DNA of 64,000 nucleotides from IMG/VR virus record IMGVR_UViG_3300027668_001405, positions 73,798 through 137,797 of that record, one strand, 5' to 3'. Position numbers and translations under genes: made by a program. Origin of the DNA: a virus. The notes beneath the pieces were generated by a model. The model saw only the letters and a list, made by a program, of their open reading frames with translations, was not told the origin of the DNA and searched no databases. This document shows, in pieces, positions 36,486-45,550 of this stretch (position 1 is its first letter; every line of letters starts with the position of its first letter).

Positions 36486-37157
36486 TTAGTATGCCCAACG
36501 ATAAAAATAGTGCGAACCAACTTGAGTGATTCGTGCCATGCCTCGATCATGTATCCAATTAGGACTGATAGCTACGGTGTGATAGTGTGTACTGCCTTCT
36601 GTAACGTCTGGTAGCAATTGCTCTGACCCAGGTAGTGTTGCTTGAAGAACCATTGTTGCAATATCCTTAGCAAGCCAATACGAAGCTTCGTCCTTCATCT
36701 CATCAGCTTTTCCATCACAGAACCAGCTAAACTGACATCTGTTCTTAACAGGAAAGTATACACGTTCTGCATCAATTAAATCAGTATCTTGCCTAGTTTT
36801 CCAACTCTCTTTTGTTGGACCTTGCCTTACTACATCACAAATAGTATCAGGATAACGAGGATCGTCTACACGATTTAACACAACCATTGTAGTTGCATAC
36901 ATACCAGCATAACCATCGCTTCGTGCTTCAAAGTACATGTTCTCAGTTAAACATAATGCTTCTTCGCCACTGTAACCTGTTGTAAATTGAGTATCCATTA
37001 GATATGCATTACTATTAAGTATCTCATAAGCTGGCAGTACGCCTGTAGTATCTGCTTTTACTGGCCAAATGCCTATTGATAACATAAAGAGTGCTGTTGC
37101 TGCCGCACAATTCATTACGCCACCAACTGCTAATCCTAATAATTTCATTTTTTTCAT
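36486..37157 (-). CDS. Cell wall hydrolase, SleB/Hydrolase_2 family, with signal or anchor
   Basis: CLTENMYFEAR (catalytic Glu), VVLNRV, CQFSWFCDG, GSTHYH. Confidence 0.9.
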   Translation of the reverse strand: MKKMKLLGLAVGGVMNCAAATALFMLSIGIWPVKADTTGVLPAYEILNSNAYLMDTQFTTGYSGEEALCLTENMYFEARSDGYAGMYATTMVVLNRVDDPRYPDTICDVVRQGPTKESWKTRQDTDLIDAERVYFPVKNRCQFSWFCDGKADEMKDEASYWLAKDIATMVLQATLPGSEQLLPDVTEGSTHYHTVAISPNWIHDRGMARITQVGSHYFYRWAY

Positions 37158-37192
37158 GTTAACTACCTATTATTTGTTTTGTTTATATACAT

Positions 37193-37221
37193 ATTATACT
37201 GTAAGATGTCTTGGTTGTCAA
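37193..37221 (-). promoter_or_regulatory. Sigma70 early promoter with spacer palindrome
   Basis: TTGACA-N17-TATAAT; TAAGA-TG-TCTTG. Confidence 0.88.
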
Positions 37222-37224
37222 CCT

Positions 37225-38472
37225 TTAATTTGAAGAAACATGTTGATAATTTTTTCTCCAATCATTTCCTGTTACTTGTTTTAATGAGTAATCTACTACC
37301 TTTACTATAGGTTTGACTGATTCAACTGAGCTGATACAAAGTGCATTAAATCCAGTAATTTCGTCAATTCCTTCTCGTACATGGAACATTCTCATTGAAG
37401 CATGCATATCATCTGACCTAGTTGGATCAAACTTTACACCAGTTACTTCTTTCATCATTACAGCTATTCCATATGCGTGTTGATGAGTAAACTTACGAGC
37501 TAAGTCTTTACTAACAGCGTTCCTTACTTTTGCATGCCACTTCCTGCTTTTAAACTTATCCCAATCAACAATAGCTAAGTTAACTAGTTCTGCTGATGCT
37601 GTTAATTTCTTCTGTAACTTTGGTGGTACCTCTGCACCCCATAGTTTAGCAATGTAAACATAACCAAGTGCTGACTGTACTCCTAATGAGTGATACCATT
37701 GAGCTCTAGAACCTCTAAACGAATTATTATTAATATATCCATCATCAAAGAATAGTTTGCTTATTTCTTTGAACCTAAAGTTAATTTCTTTAGCGGCAAG
37801 CTTCTTATCACCTGTCCAGGCTGCATAAGTTAATGTTGTCATTCCACCATTAGCAAATTGATAAAAACCTGAATCTTTTTTCCCCCATACATCGGGCTTC
37901 ATAAACCTCTTCCACATTCCTTCAACATATTTGTCTATGATTGCAATTTCTGCTTTAGTCATGCTAGATTTTAATTTAATTACGTTAGTTAAGTAGTGAC
38001 CAAAGAAATGCATTGCACCTTGATACTCGTGATAATAACATGGTGCGTTAGGGTCATTATTTTCCCAACACTTTGGCTTATGCTGTAATTCGGCACGATT
38101 AATAGTGTTATATAATTGATTTGCCTCTGCAAGATCTACTGCAAGGTCTATTGCAATTTGAATGTTAGCTTCGTTGTTATTAACTAGTGCATTGTGTGTA
38201 GCTACTTTCCATTTTTTAACAGGACCAATCATAGCCTGCCCACTATCAAGTGATGTACCATTTTTTGTGTGTTCTTCACTCCAATCAAATCCAAGAATAT
38301 TTTGGAAATCTTCAAGTAAGAACTTAGAACTAAAAGTGTTATTAGGCATAGCATCACACTGCTTAACCTCTTCAGTAAAGAAATGGTTTGCAAAGGTAAT
38401 ATCTTTGCCTGTAGTTTTTGCTAACGCTGATGTTGATAATAATGTTATTAAAATAATCGCATAGTATTTCAT
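37225..38472 (-). CDS. Secreted alpha/alpha-toroid protein, alginate-lyase-like
   Basis: Signal peptide MKYYAIILITLLSTSALA; NNNSFRG..WYH motif; family call tentative. Confidence 0.5.
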   Translation of the reverse strand: MKYYAIILITLLSTSALAKTTGKDITFANHFFTEEVKQCDAMPNNTFSSKFLLEDFQNILGFDWSEEHTKNGTSLDSGQAMIGPVKKWKVATHNALVNNNEANIQIAIDLAVDLAEANQLYNTINRAELQHKPKCWENNDPNAPCYYHEYQGAMHFFGHYLTNVIKLKSSMTKAEIAIIDKYVEGMWKRFMKPDVWGKKDSGFYQFANGGMTTLTYAAWTGDKKLAAKEINFRFKEISKLFFDDGYINNNSFRGSRAQWYHSLGVQSALGYVYIAKLWGAEVPPKLQKKLTASAELVNLAIVDWDKFKSRKWHAKVRNAVSKDLARKFTHQHAYGIAVMMKEVTGVKFDPTRSDDMHASMRMFHVREGIDEITGFNALCISSVESVKPIVKVVDYSLKQVTGNDWRKNYQHVSSN

Positions 38473-38474
38473 AA

Positions 38475-38663
38475 TTACTCCGTTAGGGTTGTGTTAATAG
38501 ATGGTGCTTCTACACATAGAAACACTGCTGAAGGATTTGGGCTTTCATTGGATACTGTAACCAATGCTTCATAGCAAAATTCTTCATACTTAAAGTCAGC
38601 TACCTTTAAGGCACTAACCTGTGGGTCCTCAATACTTATTAATACCAAAACTAAAAGCCACAT
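38475..38663 (-). CDS. Small hypothetical protein
   Basis: Hydrophobic N-terminus, two Cys; coupled to neighbours. Confidence 0.55.
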   Translation of the reverse strand: MWLLVLVLISIEDPQVSALKVADFKYEEFCYEALVTVSNESPNPSAVFLCVEAPSINTTLTE

Positions 38664-39085
38664 TATGCTACAGCCCTCTCCAGGTATTCACACGTGTAGT
38701 TTAACCTTTCACCTGCTGGTCCCATTAGATAGGATTCTGATTTGCCTGAATAATCACCGTTCCAATAGGCTTCGGCTTTGGTGAACTTAGTGGCAGTATA
38801 CTCCCCACCAAATAGGCTTTTGGTTACGTTCCAAGGAGTTTCCCATGACTCGCACACAATAGCATTATTCTGCTCTACAGTAGAACTCTCGATTGTTTCA
38901 CTGCTACCAAAATCAGCATGCTCTACGAACCGAGCGATCATTAACGCATCTTGCTCGGTGGTAGTACCAGCCATAACAAAGGTGGAACCACCCTTGAACT
39001 TCCAATATTGTGGACATTCGCCCGTACCGTCCCAATCATGGGCGCCATAATTCTCTTTAAACTGTGTTTGAATTACTAATTTCAT
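38663..39085 (-). CDS. Hypothetical early protein
   Basis: ENYGAHDWDGTGECPQYWKFKGG; AGGAG SD; first gene after a consensus promoter. Confidence 0.75.
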   Translation of the reverse strand: MKLVIQTQFKENYGAHDWDGTGECPQYWKFKGGSTFVMAGTTTEQDALMIARFVEHADFGSSETIESSTVEQNNAIVCESWETPWNVTKSLFGGEYTATKFTKAEAYWNGDYSGKSESYLMGPAGERLNYTCEYLERAVA

Positions 39086-39121
39086 ATTACGTTCTCCTAA
39101 CTTTGTTTAACTTATACTACT

Positions 39122-39150
39122 ATTATAGCAAGAGTTCTTGGTGTTGTCAA
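39122..39150 (-). promoter_or_regulatory. Sigma70 early promoter with spacer palindrome
   Basis: TTGACA-N17-TATAAT; CAAGA-GT-TCTTG. Near-identical over about 55 bp to 12331-12386. Confidence 0.9.
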
Positions 39151-39157
39151 CCTTTTT

Positions 39158-39340
39158 TTACCAAAAATACATAAAATTTGGGTCATTTTTCAATAAAACA
39201 GTAACATTATTAGATAGTGTCATTGCATTACTGCTTATTTCTACTACTTTAACTGCTTTAAACCCACTGTATTTGTATTCATCTTGATCTGTGCTTTTGG
39301 GCCAAAGTGTTACATAATTTCCTATTTTTACATTTTCCAT
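39158..39340 (-). CDS. Small hypothetical early protein
   Basis: 60 aa, TAATG coupling. Confidence 0.55.
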   Translation of the reverse strand: MENVKIGNYVTLWPKSTDQDEYKYSGFKAVKVVEISSNAMTLSNNVTVLLKNDPNFMYFW

Positions 39341-39537
39341 TAATCTAAATCACACACCCATTCTTTGCCTGTGAATTCTGCAACCAATGTATCCGTGCTT
39401 AGACCAAATGGTGAACGGATAGTTGCTAGTGGCTTAGTAGTGAATTCGCATATAGTGCTAGACACAACATCTACTTTCTTAACGCCATAGTCTGTGTCAT
39501 ACCCGCGATTTAAAAAGTGTACATTTAGTTTTTGCAT
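39340..39537 (-). CDS. Small hypothetical early protein
   Basis: 65 aa, AAGGA SD, follows a promoter. Confidence 0.6.
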   Translation of the reverse strand: MQKLNVHFLNRGYDTDYGVKKVDVVSSTICEFTTKPLATIRSPFGLSTDTLVAEFTGKEWVCDLD

Positions 39538-39574
39538 TGTGTTTTCCTTCTTAATTTATCTAACTTGTACTTAT

Positions 39575-39603
39575 AGTATATAGCAAGACGTCTTGCTTGT
39601 CAA
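39575..39603 (-). promoter_or_regulatory. Sigma70 early promoter with perfect 16-bp palindrome
   Basis: TTGACA-N17-TATACT; AGCAAGACGTCTTGCT in the spacer. Confidence 0.85.
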
Positions 39604-39788
39604 CCACTTTCTTCCACTTCTGAGTATATTTCTTTTAGCATTGTTTGTAAACACCTAGCCATTTTGAGTTGTGTTGGAGTTAGGCTAGCAATGAAATCTG
39701 AACATTCTTTTGCTGTTTCTAATTCTTGCATATGCTCTAGCATTACAACTTGCATATAGGTTAAGTCTGCTATGTCATATGTTTGCAT
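39600..39788 (-). CDS. Small hypothetical early protein
   Basis: 62 aa, AAGGA SD. Confidence 0.6.
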   Translation of the reverse strand: MQTYDIADLTYMQVVMLEHMQELETAKECSDFIASLTPTQLKMARCLQTMLKEIYSEVEESG

Positions 39789-39820
39789 GGTGTTTCCTTT
39801 GTGTTTGTTTCCTTAATACA

Positions 39821-39849
39821 GTTATAGCAAATGATTAAGGTTTACGCAA
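39821..39849 (-). promoter_or_regulatory. Sigma70-like promoter
   Basis: TTGCGT-N17-TATAAC. Confidence 0.55.
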
Positions 39850-39891
39850 CCGAACAGAAGTATAAAAAATGGTATAAGAAGTATAGGTCAC

Positions 39892-39912
39892 AAAAAAACC
39901 CCAACTAAGGGG
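39892..39912 (-). terminator. Rho-independent terminator
   Basis: CCCC-TTAGTT-GGGG followed by T7. Confidence 0.65.
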
Positions 39913-39924
39913 CAAATGTATAAG

Positions 39925-40110
39925 TTATTGTTTTCCGTGCCATCGAAATATAATATCATATAGTCGTTGCAAGTAATATTGTGTAAACCGTAGTCTAGTT
40001 TCTTTAAATGGTTCTGGATGCGGTATCATACCTCTCTGACCATACAATGGCCACTTTGAAGATCCGCCGTATGTGTTACGCATATAATTATCATAGATAA
40101 CACTTTTCAT
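39925..40110 (-). CDS. Small hypothetical protein
   Basis: ATG 40110 with GGGGA SD. Confidence 0.55.
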   Translation of the reverse strand: MKSVIYDNYMRNTYGGSSKWPLYGQRGMIPHPEPFKETRLRFTQYYLQRLYDIIFRWHGKQ

Positions 40111-40111
40111 T

Positions 40112-40366
40112 TTATCCCCAATCCTTATGGTCACCAAATTCTTCATTTTGTCTATAGCCTTCATTGTAGGCTAGGATTTCTGCTTCTGTCATATCCTCTT
40201 CTTTTACTTTTGTAGAATTATGTGTTCCCCCTAGGAAGTAATGAGGGCGTCCTGGGCGTCGATAATAACTATCAGCTCCACCTCTGTCGTGTGGACCACC
40301 ATGTCGTTTGTCAAACTCAGTAAGTTTGTCAATTGTATTTTGAATATCGTGTCCAAGAGTTTCCAT
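40112..40366 (-). CDS. Hypothetical phage protein
   Basis: HGGPHDRGGADSYY motif; follows a promoter. Confidence 0.7.
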   Translation of the reverse strand: METLGHDIQNTIDKLTEFDKRHGGPHDRGGADSYYRRPGRPHYFLGGTHNSTKVKEEDMTEAEILAYNEGYRQNEEFGDHKDWG

Positions 40367-40401
40367 AGTTTTATTCCTTATATTTTCTATGTAGTAGTTC
40401 T

Positions 40402-40430
40402 ACAATAACATGTAAAGAACTGTATGTCAA
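40402..40430 (-). promoter_or_regulatory. Sigma70-like promoter
   Basis: TTGACA-N17-TATTGT. Confidence 0.65.
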
Positions 40431-40436
40431 CCTAAA

Positions 40437-41012
40437 CTAGGTAAAGTCTTTAAAAAAGTCTTTCCTATACAGACATGCCATTATTTCTCTTATAAGATAT
40501 ACGTACTTACTACCTTGTTCGCTCCATGGTGAAATGTGTAACGCAAGTTCAATTGCTGATGTAGATTTCCATATTGTATTTTGCCATTCTAGTTCTTTTC
40601 TAAAGTCTGCATATACCTCTAAGTTACTAAGTATCCACATATAGTGTTTAATACTTTCACAGTAGTTTGCATATTTCTTAACACCCCAAGGTGCGTTTGG
40701 ATTTCCTTTAGCTTTCATTTGTGGATCCTCTTTATTCCACGTTCTAATACCAAATAAATTATTTCCTTCTACTGCAAATCTGCTTTTGCCCCATGCTGTT
40801 TCATGTGCGGCCATTGCAACGATAAGTTCTATTGGAATTTGTGTGTTTTTAGGATAGGCGGTTGTATCGGCATATATAACATCAACGCATCGTTTGATAT
40901 CATATGCAAAGTCTCTACTACTTATTTCTGATGCATTTGCCTGTAATGTAAACATAGCAACTGCAAGGAACGCTAGTATTCTTTTCACTAAATATTTATT
41001 AATATTTGGCAT
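40437..41012 (-). CDS. Glucosaminidase (GH73/Bax-like) with signal anchor
   Basis: AMAAHETAWGKSRFAVEGNNLFGI. Confidence 0.88.
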   Translation of the reverse strand: MPNINKYLVKRILAFLAVAMFTLQANASEISSRDFAYDIKRCVDVIYADTTAYPKNTQIPIELIVAMAAHETAWGKSRFAVEGNNLFGIRTWNKEDPQMKAKGNPNAPWGVKKYANYCESIKHYMWILSNLEVYADFRKELEWQNTIWKSTSAIELALHISPWSEQGSKYVYLIREIMACLYRKDFFKDFT

Positions 41013-41020
41013 ATAGTAAT

Positions 41021-41049
41021 ATTATACGTTTACTTCGATTAGTTGTCAA
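41021..41049 (-). promoter_or_regulatory. Sigma70 promoter
   Basis: TTGACA-N17-TATAAT. Confidence 0.88.
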
Positions 41050-41212
41050 TGGTTCTTTTACTGGGTTTTTTGCGTATTTTGTCTATTATTTTCTTCTTTA
41101 TAGGCGAAATAGCAACATCTCCAACAGTAACAGTACCAATTCCCTTTAATGTAAACAGTGAAGGGCCACATGCATTAAGCATTAAAAAGCAACTAATCAA
41201 TAGTAATCGCAT
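41039..41212 (-). CDS. Small predicted lipoprotein, 57 aa (not in the track)
   Basis: MRLLLISCFLMLNAC lipobox with a Lys-rich tail; TAATG coupling to the polymerase stop. Confidence 0.6.
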   Translation of the reverse strand: MRLLLISCFLMLNACGPSLFTLKGIGTVTVGDVAISPIKKKIIDKIRKKPSKRTIDN

Positions 41213-43905
41213 TACCACTCAAATAGGTTAGTGAACGTTGTTTTAGCTGCCGCTTTATCTAAGCCCCAATCGAGAACACCAAGTAAGTTTTCTAACTTCT
41301 TACTTACTACAATTTCTTCCATTTGATCATCATCAAAAGGCAATACCTTAAACCATTCTGGGAGCCTTGTTTCGTCTGTGGGATATCCTACACTTGTAAA
41401 GCCCATTGGATTATCTTTCAAACGACATACAATTGTTTTCATACCATCTGTAATTTCTACTGCATAATTATCGCTGTTAATCTGACGTAACTTATTCCAA
41501 TTCAATGCCGCTGTAACGTGTCCAGGCATAGCAGGCTTCTTAACATCTTTAAGAGCTTTGCCGTTGTTGTGTGCATGATTACGATCTTTATCATAACGTG
41601 CCATTTTACCTCGATACGCTGTTAAGTTATTAACACGCTTTGGACTACCTTTTTGCCAACTAGGCTTTTCACGATACTCTTTACGGAACTCAATAATACG
41701 TTCAAGTACTTCTTGTTCTTCTGTACCAGTAAGTACTTTTAACAATAGCTCTTTGAGAAAGTCTTGCATCCATACAGGAGTATCACTACGTTTTAGATCT
41801 AAGCCCATTGCTTTAATGTAACCATCTTTGCCGTCATTGTCCTCACGTTTACCTTCATTATCAAACACAAGCATTGCATAACGCTTCTTTGTAATAAAGA
41901 TACCTGCACTACCAACCATTTCTCGTCCTGCGGCAATAATCTCACCTAGTTCAAGTGTTGTGTGAAATGACTTATTCATAAAGCCAGGAAACGTTTTGTT
42001 TACTTCTTCACAAACTGCATCATAGTAAGCAATAATATTATCTCTATCCCAATTAATTTCACCCTTGTTAATCTGTTCCTTTAACATAGGATATGCACTA
42101 AAGTAAGTAGAGTCAGTATCACCATATACAATTGCATCACCTTGGTGATCATAAACGCCTGCCATAACCTTATTAAGTTCGCCTGCCATGTGTTTAGCAA
42201 TGCAACGACCTGTAAGTGTTGTACTCTGTCCCAAGCGACTATCAAAGAATCTACTACCAGGATTAAGTAACGCACCATATAAACTGTTCAAGTTAATCTT
42301 CTTAACCAACTGTCGCTTATCCCAATACGCAAACTTATCGCCACCTTCATCACGTGCCGCACGTGCTTTTGATTGTAAAACTTTACGTTCAGCATACCAA
42401 CGCTCTAGCAATCCAGGAATAACACCTTTCTTTTCATATGTAAAGATTGTGCCGTTTGCACTCATTATCCAAGGCTGTCCACTATTAAATACAATTTCAT
42501 ATATCTCTGCACCTGTTGCTTCAAAACTAGTTCCGTCTTCAAAGTCTAAGTGTAGTATTTCTTCAATATCTTTTTCCATTACCTTTTCATATTCCGGACA
42601 CGCAAATCGTCCTTCCCATGCTTCAGCAACTGTCTTAGCATTTGCAATTAATTCTTTTGTGTACACTTGTCTAACTTGACCAATAATAGTTTCAGTACTC
42701 ATATTACAACTACGGATAATACTAGGATACAGTGAGTTCAAGTCAATACTGCCTACCCATTTATGCATACCTTTTTTAGGTGTTGCAACATATGCACCTG
42801 CCGCTGATGTTGTGTCTTTGTCATAACGTTTGTCTGGACAGATAAGACCCTGTGCATGTGCTTCGTTAAGAATAGCTTGGTCTGTTTGTGCAACTGCACC
42901 CATTGTTGTTTGTAGTAGAACTGTGTTAGAGTGTGCTAGTACATTAGCTAAGTCAATAAACTGTAGCTTTGCATCTAGTTTAACAAGCAAGTCAACGTCT
43001 TGCCTCGAATATGCAATAAACTTTTCAAAGTCATTGTTGTATAACTGATCTAGTGTGCCTTCGTATTCTACTTTACGCTCACCAAGCTCATAATCACCAA
43101 TTGCATCTAATGCATAACTGTGCATTTCATGATATGTATACTTGCGATAAAGTTGCATGTAATCCATGTGTACACGCCCAATAGTATCATACGTTTGTTG
43201 TACAGCACCAAAGCGTTCAAACTCACGTGGCTTAGGAAACTTATCCCATAAACAAAATCTACGTGTGTGACTCTTGCTTAATACTTTTGCTACACGATTA
43301 ACAAGATATGGAATATCAAAGCCTTCGCTGTTCCAACCAGTCATTACGTCTGCATCATCAATTAGATCTAAAAATGCTTCAAGCATTTCACGTTCAGTAC
43401 TAAACAAAATAGTATTTTCAAACTTATCAGTAATTTCAGTAGCCGCGGCCATTGTTAATGTCTTAGGTGCAATAGATAAACATATAGTTGTATTCATCCA
43501 ACTGTTGTGTAAGCTAATTGCTGTTACTGCGTTAAATGGATCATGTGGTGGAGCAAAGCCTACATCTTTATTAAAGTCTGTCTCAATATCAAAGAAACAA
43601 ATATTAAGATCTGGTGTTTCAGTAGGATCATAATTCTCTGCGAATGTTTTAAAGATTACATTCACATCACTCTCATACAAGCCTTTGTGTCCGTTAATCT
43701 TTTTCTCAGTATTAAACTTCTTGCTAGTGTTGCATACAACACGCTCAAGCTTCTCGCCAAATATACTAGTATACTTGCCACGTTGCTCTTTATAATAAAA
43801 TGTATACTTTGCTGGAATTTCTTTAAATTCACGTTTACCATTAACACGTTCTACAACGTGTACAATGTCTTTATCTCTGTCGTGTGTTGCGTCTACATAG
43901 CTCAT
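41212..43905 (-). CDS. gp43: Family B DNA polymerase with 3'-5' exonuclease (T4 gp43-like)
   Basis: DIETD, WNSEGFD, DLNSLYPS, KINLNSLYG, YGDTDS, KKRY. Confidence 0.97.
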   Translation of the reverse strand: MSYVDATHDRDKDIVHVVERVNGKREFKEIPAKYTFYYKEQRGKYTSIFGEKLERVVCNTSKKFNTEKKINGHKGLYESDVNVIFKTFAENYDPTETPDLNICFFDIETDFNKDVGFAPPHDPFNAVTAISLHNSWMNTTICLSIAPKTLTMAAATEITDKFENTILFSTEREMLEAFLDLIDDADVMTGWNSEGFDIPYLVNRVAKVLSKSHTRRFCLWDKFPKPREFERFGAVQQTYDTIGRVHMDYMQLYRKYTYHEMHSYALDAIGDYELGERKVEYEGTLDQLYNNDFEKFIAYSRQDVDLLVKLDAKLQFIDLANVLAHSNTVLLQTTMGAVAQTDQAILNEAHAQGLICPDKRYDKDTTSAAGAYVATPKKGMHKWVGSIDLNSLYPSIIRSCNMSTETIIGQVRQVYTKELIANAKTVAEAWEGRFACPEYEKVMEKDIEEILHLDFEDGTSFEATGAEIYEIVFNSGQPWIMSANGTIFTYEKKGVIPGLLERWYAERKVLQSKARAARDEGGDKFAYWDKRQLVKKINLNSLYGALLNPGSRFFDSRLGQSTTLTGRCIAKHMAGELNKVMAGVYDHQGDAIVYGDTDSTYFSAYPMLKEQINKGEINWDRDNIIAYYDAVCEEVNKTFPGFMNKSFHTTLELGEIIAAGREMVGSAGIFITKKRYAMLVFDNEGKREDNDGKDGYIKAMGLDLKRSDTPVWMQDFLKELLLKVLTGTEEQEVLERIIEFRKEYREKPSWQKGSPKRVNNLTAYRGKMARYDKDRNHAHNNGKALKDVKKPAMPGHVTAALNWNKLRQINSDNYAVEITDGMKTIVCRLKDNPMGFTSVGYPTDETRLPEWFKVLPFDDDQMEEIVVSKKLENLLGVLDWGLDKAAAKTTFTNLFEW

Positions 43906-44369
43906 ATTTTATACTCAAAGTTTTGGGTAGTAGGATTAATGTTAATTAACCTAGCACCGTTTCTAATGTGATAATGTGTCGCCATTGGCGTTAGTGGTGA
44001 TAATGTCATAATAGTTTCTATGTTACCTTTTGTCCTCATAAATTTTAAAAGCTCTTCCATGATCTTTTTGCCTGCACCTTTTTTCAAAGACCAAACTGTG
44101 TATGCTATTGCTATCTTGCCATCTACGTGACTCATAAGATCTAGTTCTTTAACAGTAGTCGGAATTTCATCTGTGTACGCAATACAAATAACACCTTCTA
44201 TATCGCCATCGTATTGTAGTCCAAATATCTTCCTACCTTTGTCTTTGCGAAATTCGTTGCTTAGTTCGGGCCTAACAGGATCATGTGTTATATCAATGCT
44301 ATCTAATTCTACTATTTCTGCTCGCTTGATCCAACTATAAAAGTCGAAATCGTATCCTGCTATTTTCAT
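43902..44369 (-). CDS. GNAT-like hypothetical protein
   Basis: IAYTVWSLKKGAGKKI resembles an acetyl-CoA binding loop; TLSP motif. Confidence 0.5.
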   Translation of the reverse strand: MKIAGYDFDFYSWIKRAEIVELDSIDITHDPVRPELSNEFRKDKGRKIFGLQYDGDIEGVICIAYTDEIPTTVKELDLMSHVDGKIAIAYTVWSLKKGAGKKIMEELLKFMRTKGNIETIMTLSPLTPMATHYHIRNGARLININPTTQNFEYKI

Positions 44370-45550
44370 AAATTGATTTTCCAGTATTTTTCTAATTGTG
44401 GGATATAGTTAAGTATACTTGTTTTTCTGTGTTTGTCAAGTATTTCCGTTGTTTTACAGAAGAAATTCCAATCATCTATATCTTCTTCTGTGCGAGGTTT
44501 TCTAAGTGAATATATTAATGCGTCTGTATATTTTGAATTAGCTTCTAACCAATCTGCTAATTCCAACTTGTACTCTACATCAGGGTGAACTGACATACGC
44601 AAGTATCTAGGAAATGCAAGTGGGCTATTAAATAAGCCGGCGTTATGTGTTAAAACATGTTCACTACCCCATTCAACATATTCTTTAATGTTATACACAT
44701 TGAGTAGTTGTGGAGTATATGACATACTAATTTTAAAATTGTGCTGTTGTTCTATAATTCTATCTTGTATTAACTTACCTTTATACTTTCCAATTGGTGT
44801 GCTTGGACGAATGTATTCATACAAATGATTTATGCCGTCCATACTTACAATTAGTTTTGCATTTAGTTTTGTTAATTTCTTTACAATATCATCTTTTACT
44901 AATGTAAGATTAGTTATAATTTTTAACTCTCCTTTGTAGCTGTGTTCATTTAACTTATCCAATAGGTAAACAAACTGCGGTGTATAAAAAGGTTCGCCAC
45001 CACTTACATCAATTAATGATGCATTTAAAAACTCTTGTAAATTATCATCTACAACATTACTTGGTAGCCCATAATCTCTGCCTTTGGGATTAAAAATTGC
45101 TCTTCCAACTTCGTCTCCTAATGCATCGGATAATACTTTAGCATCTTTATACCAACCTGTGCTTCTATGTGGACTGCACATAGTACATCTTAGATTACAT
45201 GCATTACTAAAGTCTATCTTAATCTTACGTAGTTTTCCCGGTTGAGTTCCTTTGGTTGCTCCATGAGCAAATTCGCTAAAGTTATTATAACGCATACTTT
45301 GACCAACAGCTTCTTCACCATTAATACAAAGTTCACATCCAGATGGTAAAATATTAGTAAGTGTTTGCTTTCTTGCTAACTGATAATCTTCACTATCAAA
45401 TGCTTGCTGTATACTCATGTCGTTAATGTTTCCAACAAAGCCTTTATGTATGCAACAGAATCCTATACGTCCTTCTTGATCAACGTGTACTTCGTTATGT
45501 GGACTTACGCAATAAGTGTTATCTGGACTGGGTCTATTTTGTGAAGACAT
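44366..45550 (-). CDS. Radical SAM protein with N-terminal twitch-like domain
   Basis: YCVSPH..GFCC..CELC, CNLRCTMC, VSGGEP, ITNLT, SMDG. Confidence 0.9.
   Translation of the reverse strand: MSSQNRPSPDNTYCVSPHNEVHVDQEGRIGFCCIHKGFVGNINDMSIQQAFDSEDYQLARKQTLTNILPSGCELCINGEEAVGQSMRYNNFSEFAHGATKGTQPGKLRKIKIDFSNACNLRCTMCSPHRSTGWYKDAKVLSDALGDEVGRAIFNPKGRDYGLPSNVVDDNLQEFLNASLIDVSGGEPFYTPQFVYLLDKLNEHSYKGELKIITNLTLVKDDIVKKLTKLNAKLIVSMDGINHLYEYIRPSTPIGKYKGKLIQDRIIEQQHNFKISMSYTPQLLNVYNIKEYVEWGSEHVLTHNAGLFNSPLAFPRYLRMSVHPDVEYKLELADWLEANSKYTDALIYSLRKPRTEEDIDDWNFFCKTTEILDKHRKTSILNYIPQLEKYWKINL

Noticed and set aside
41212-43905. Intein or intron in the DNA polymerase
   Set aside because: The length (897 aa) and motif order are normal; no splice-junction or homing endonuclease motifs are seen.
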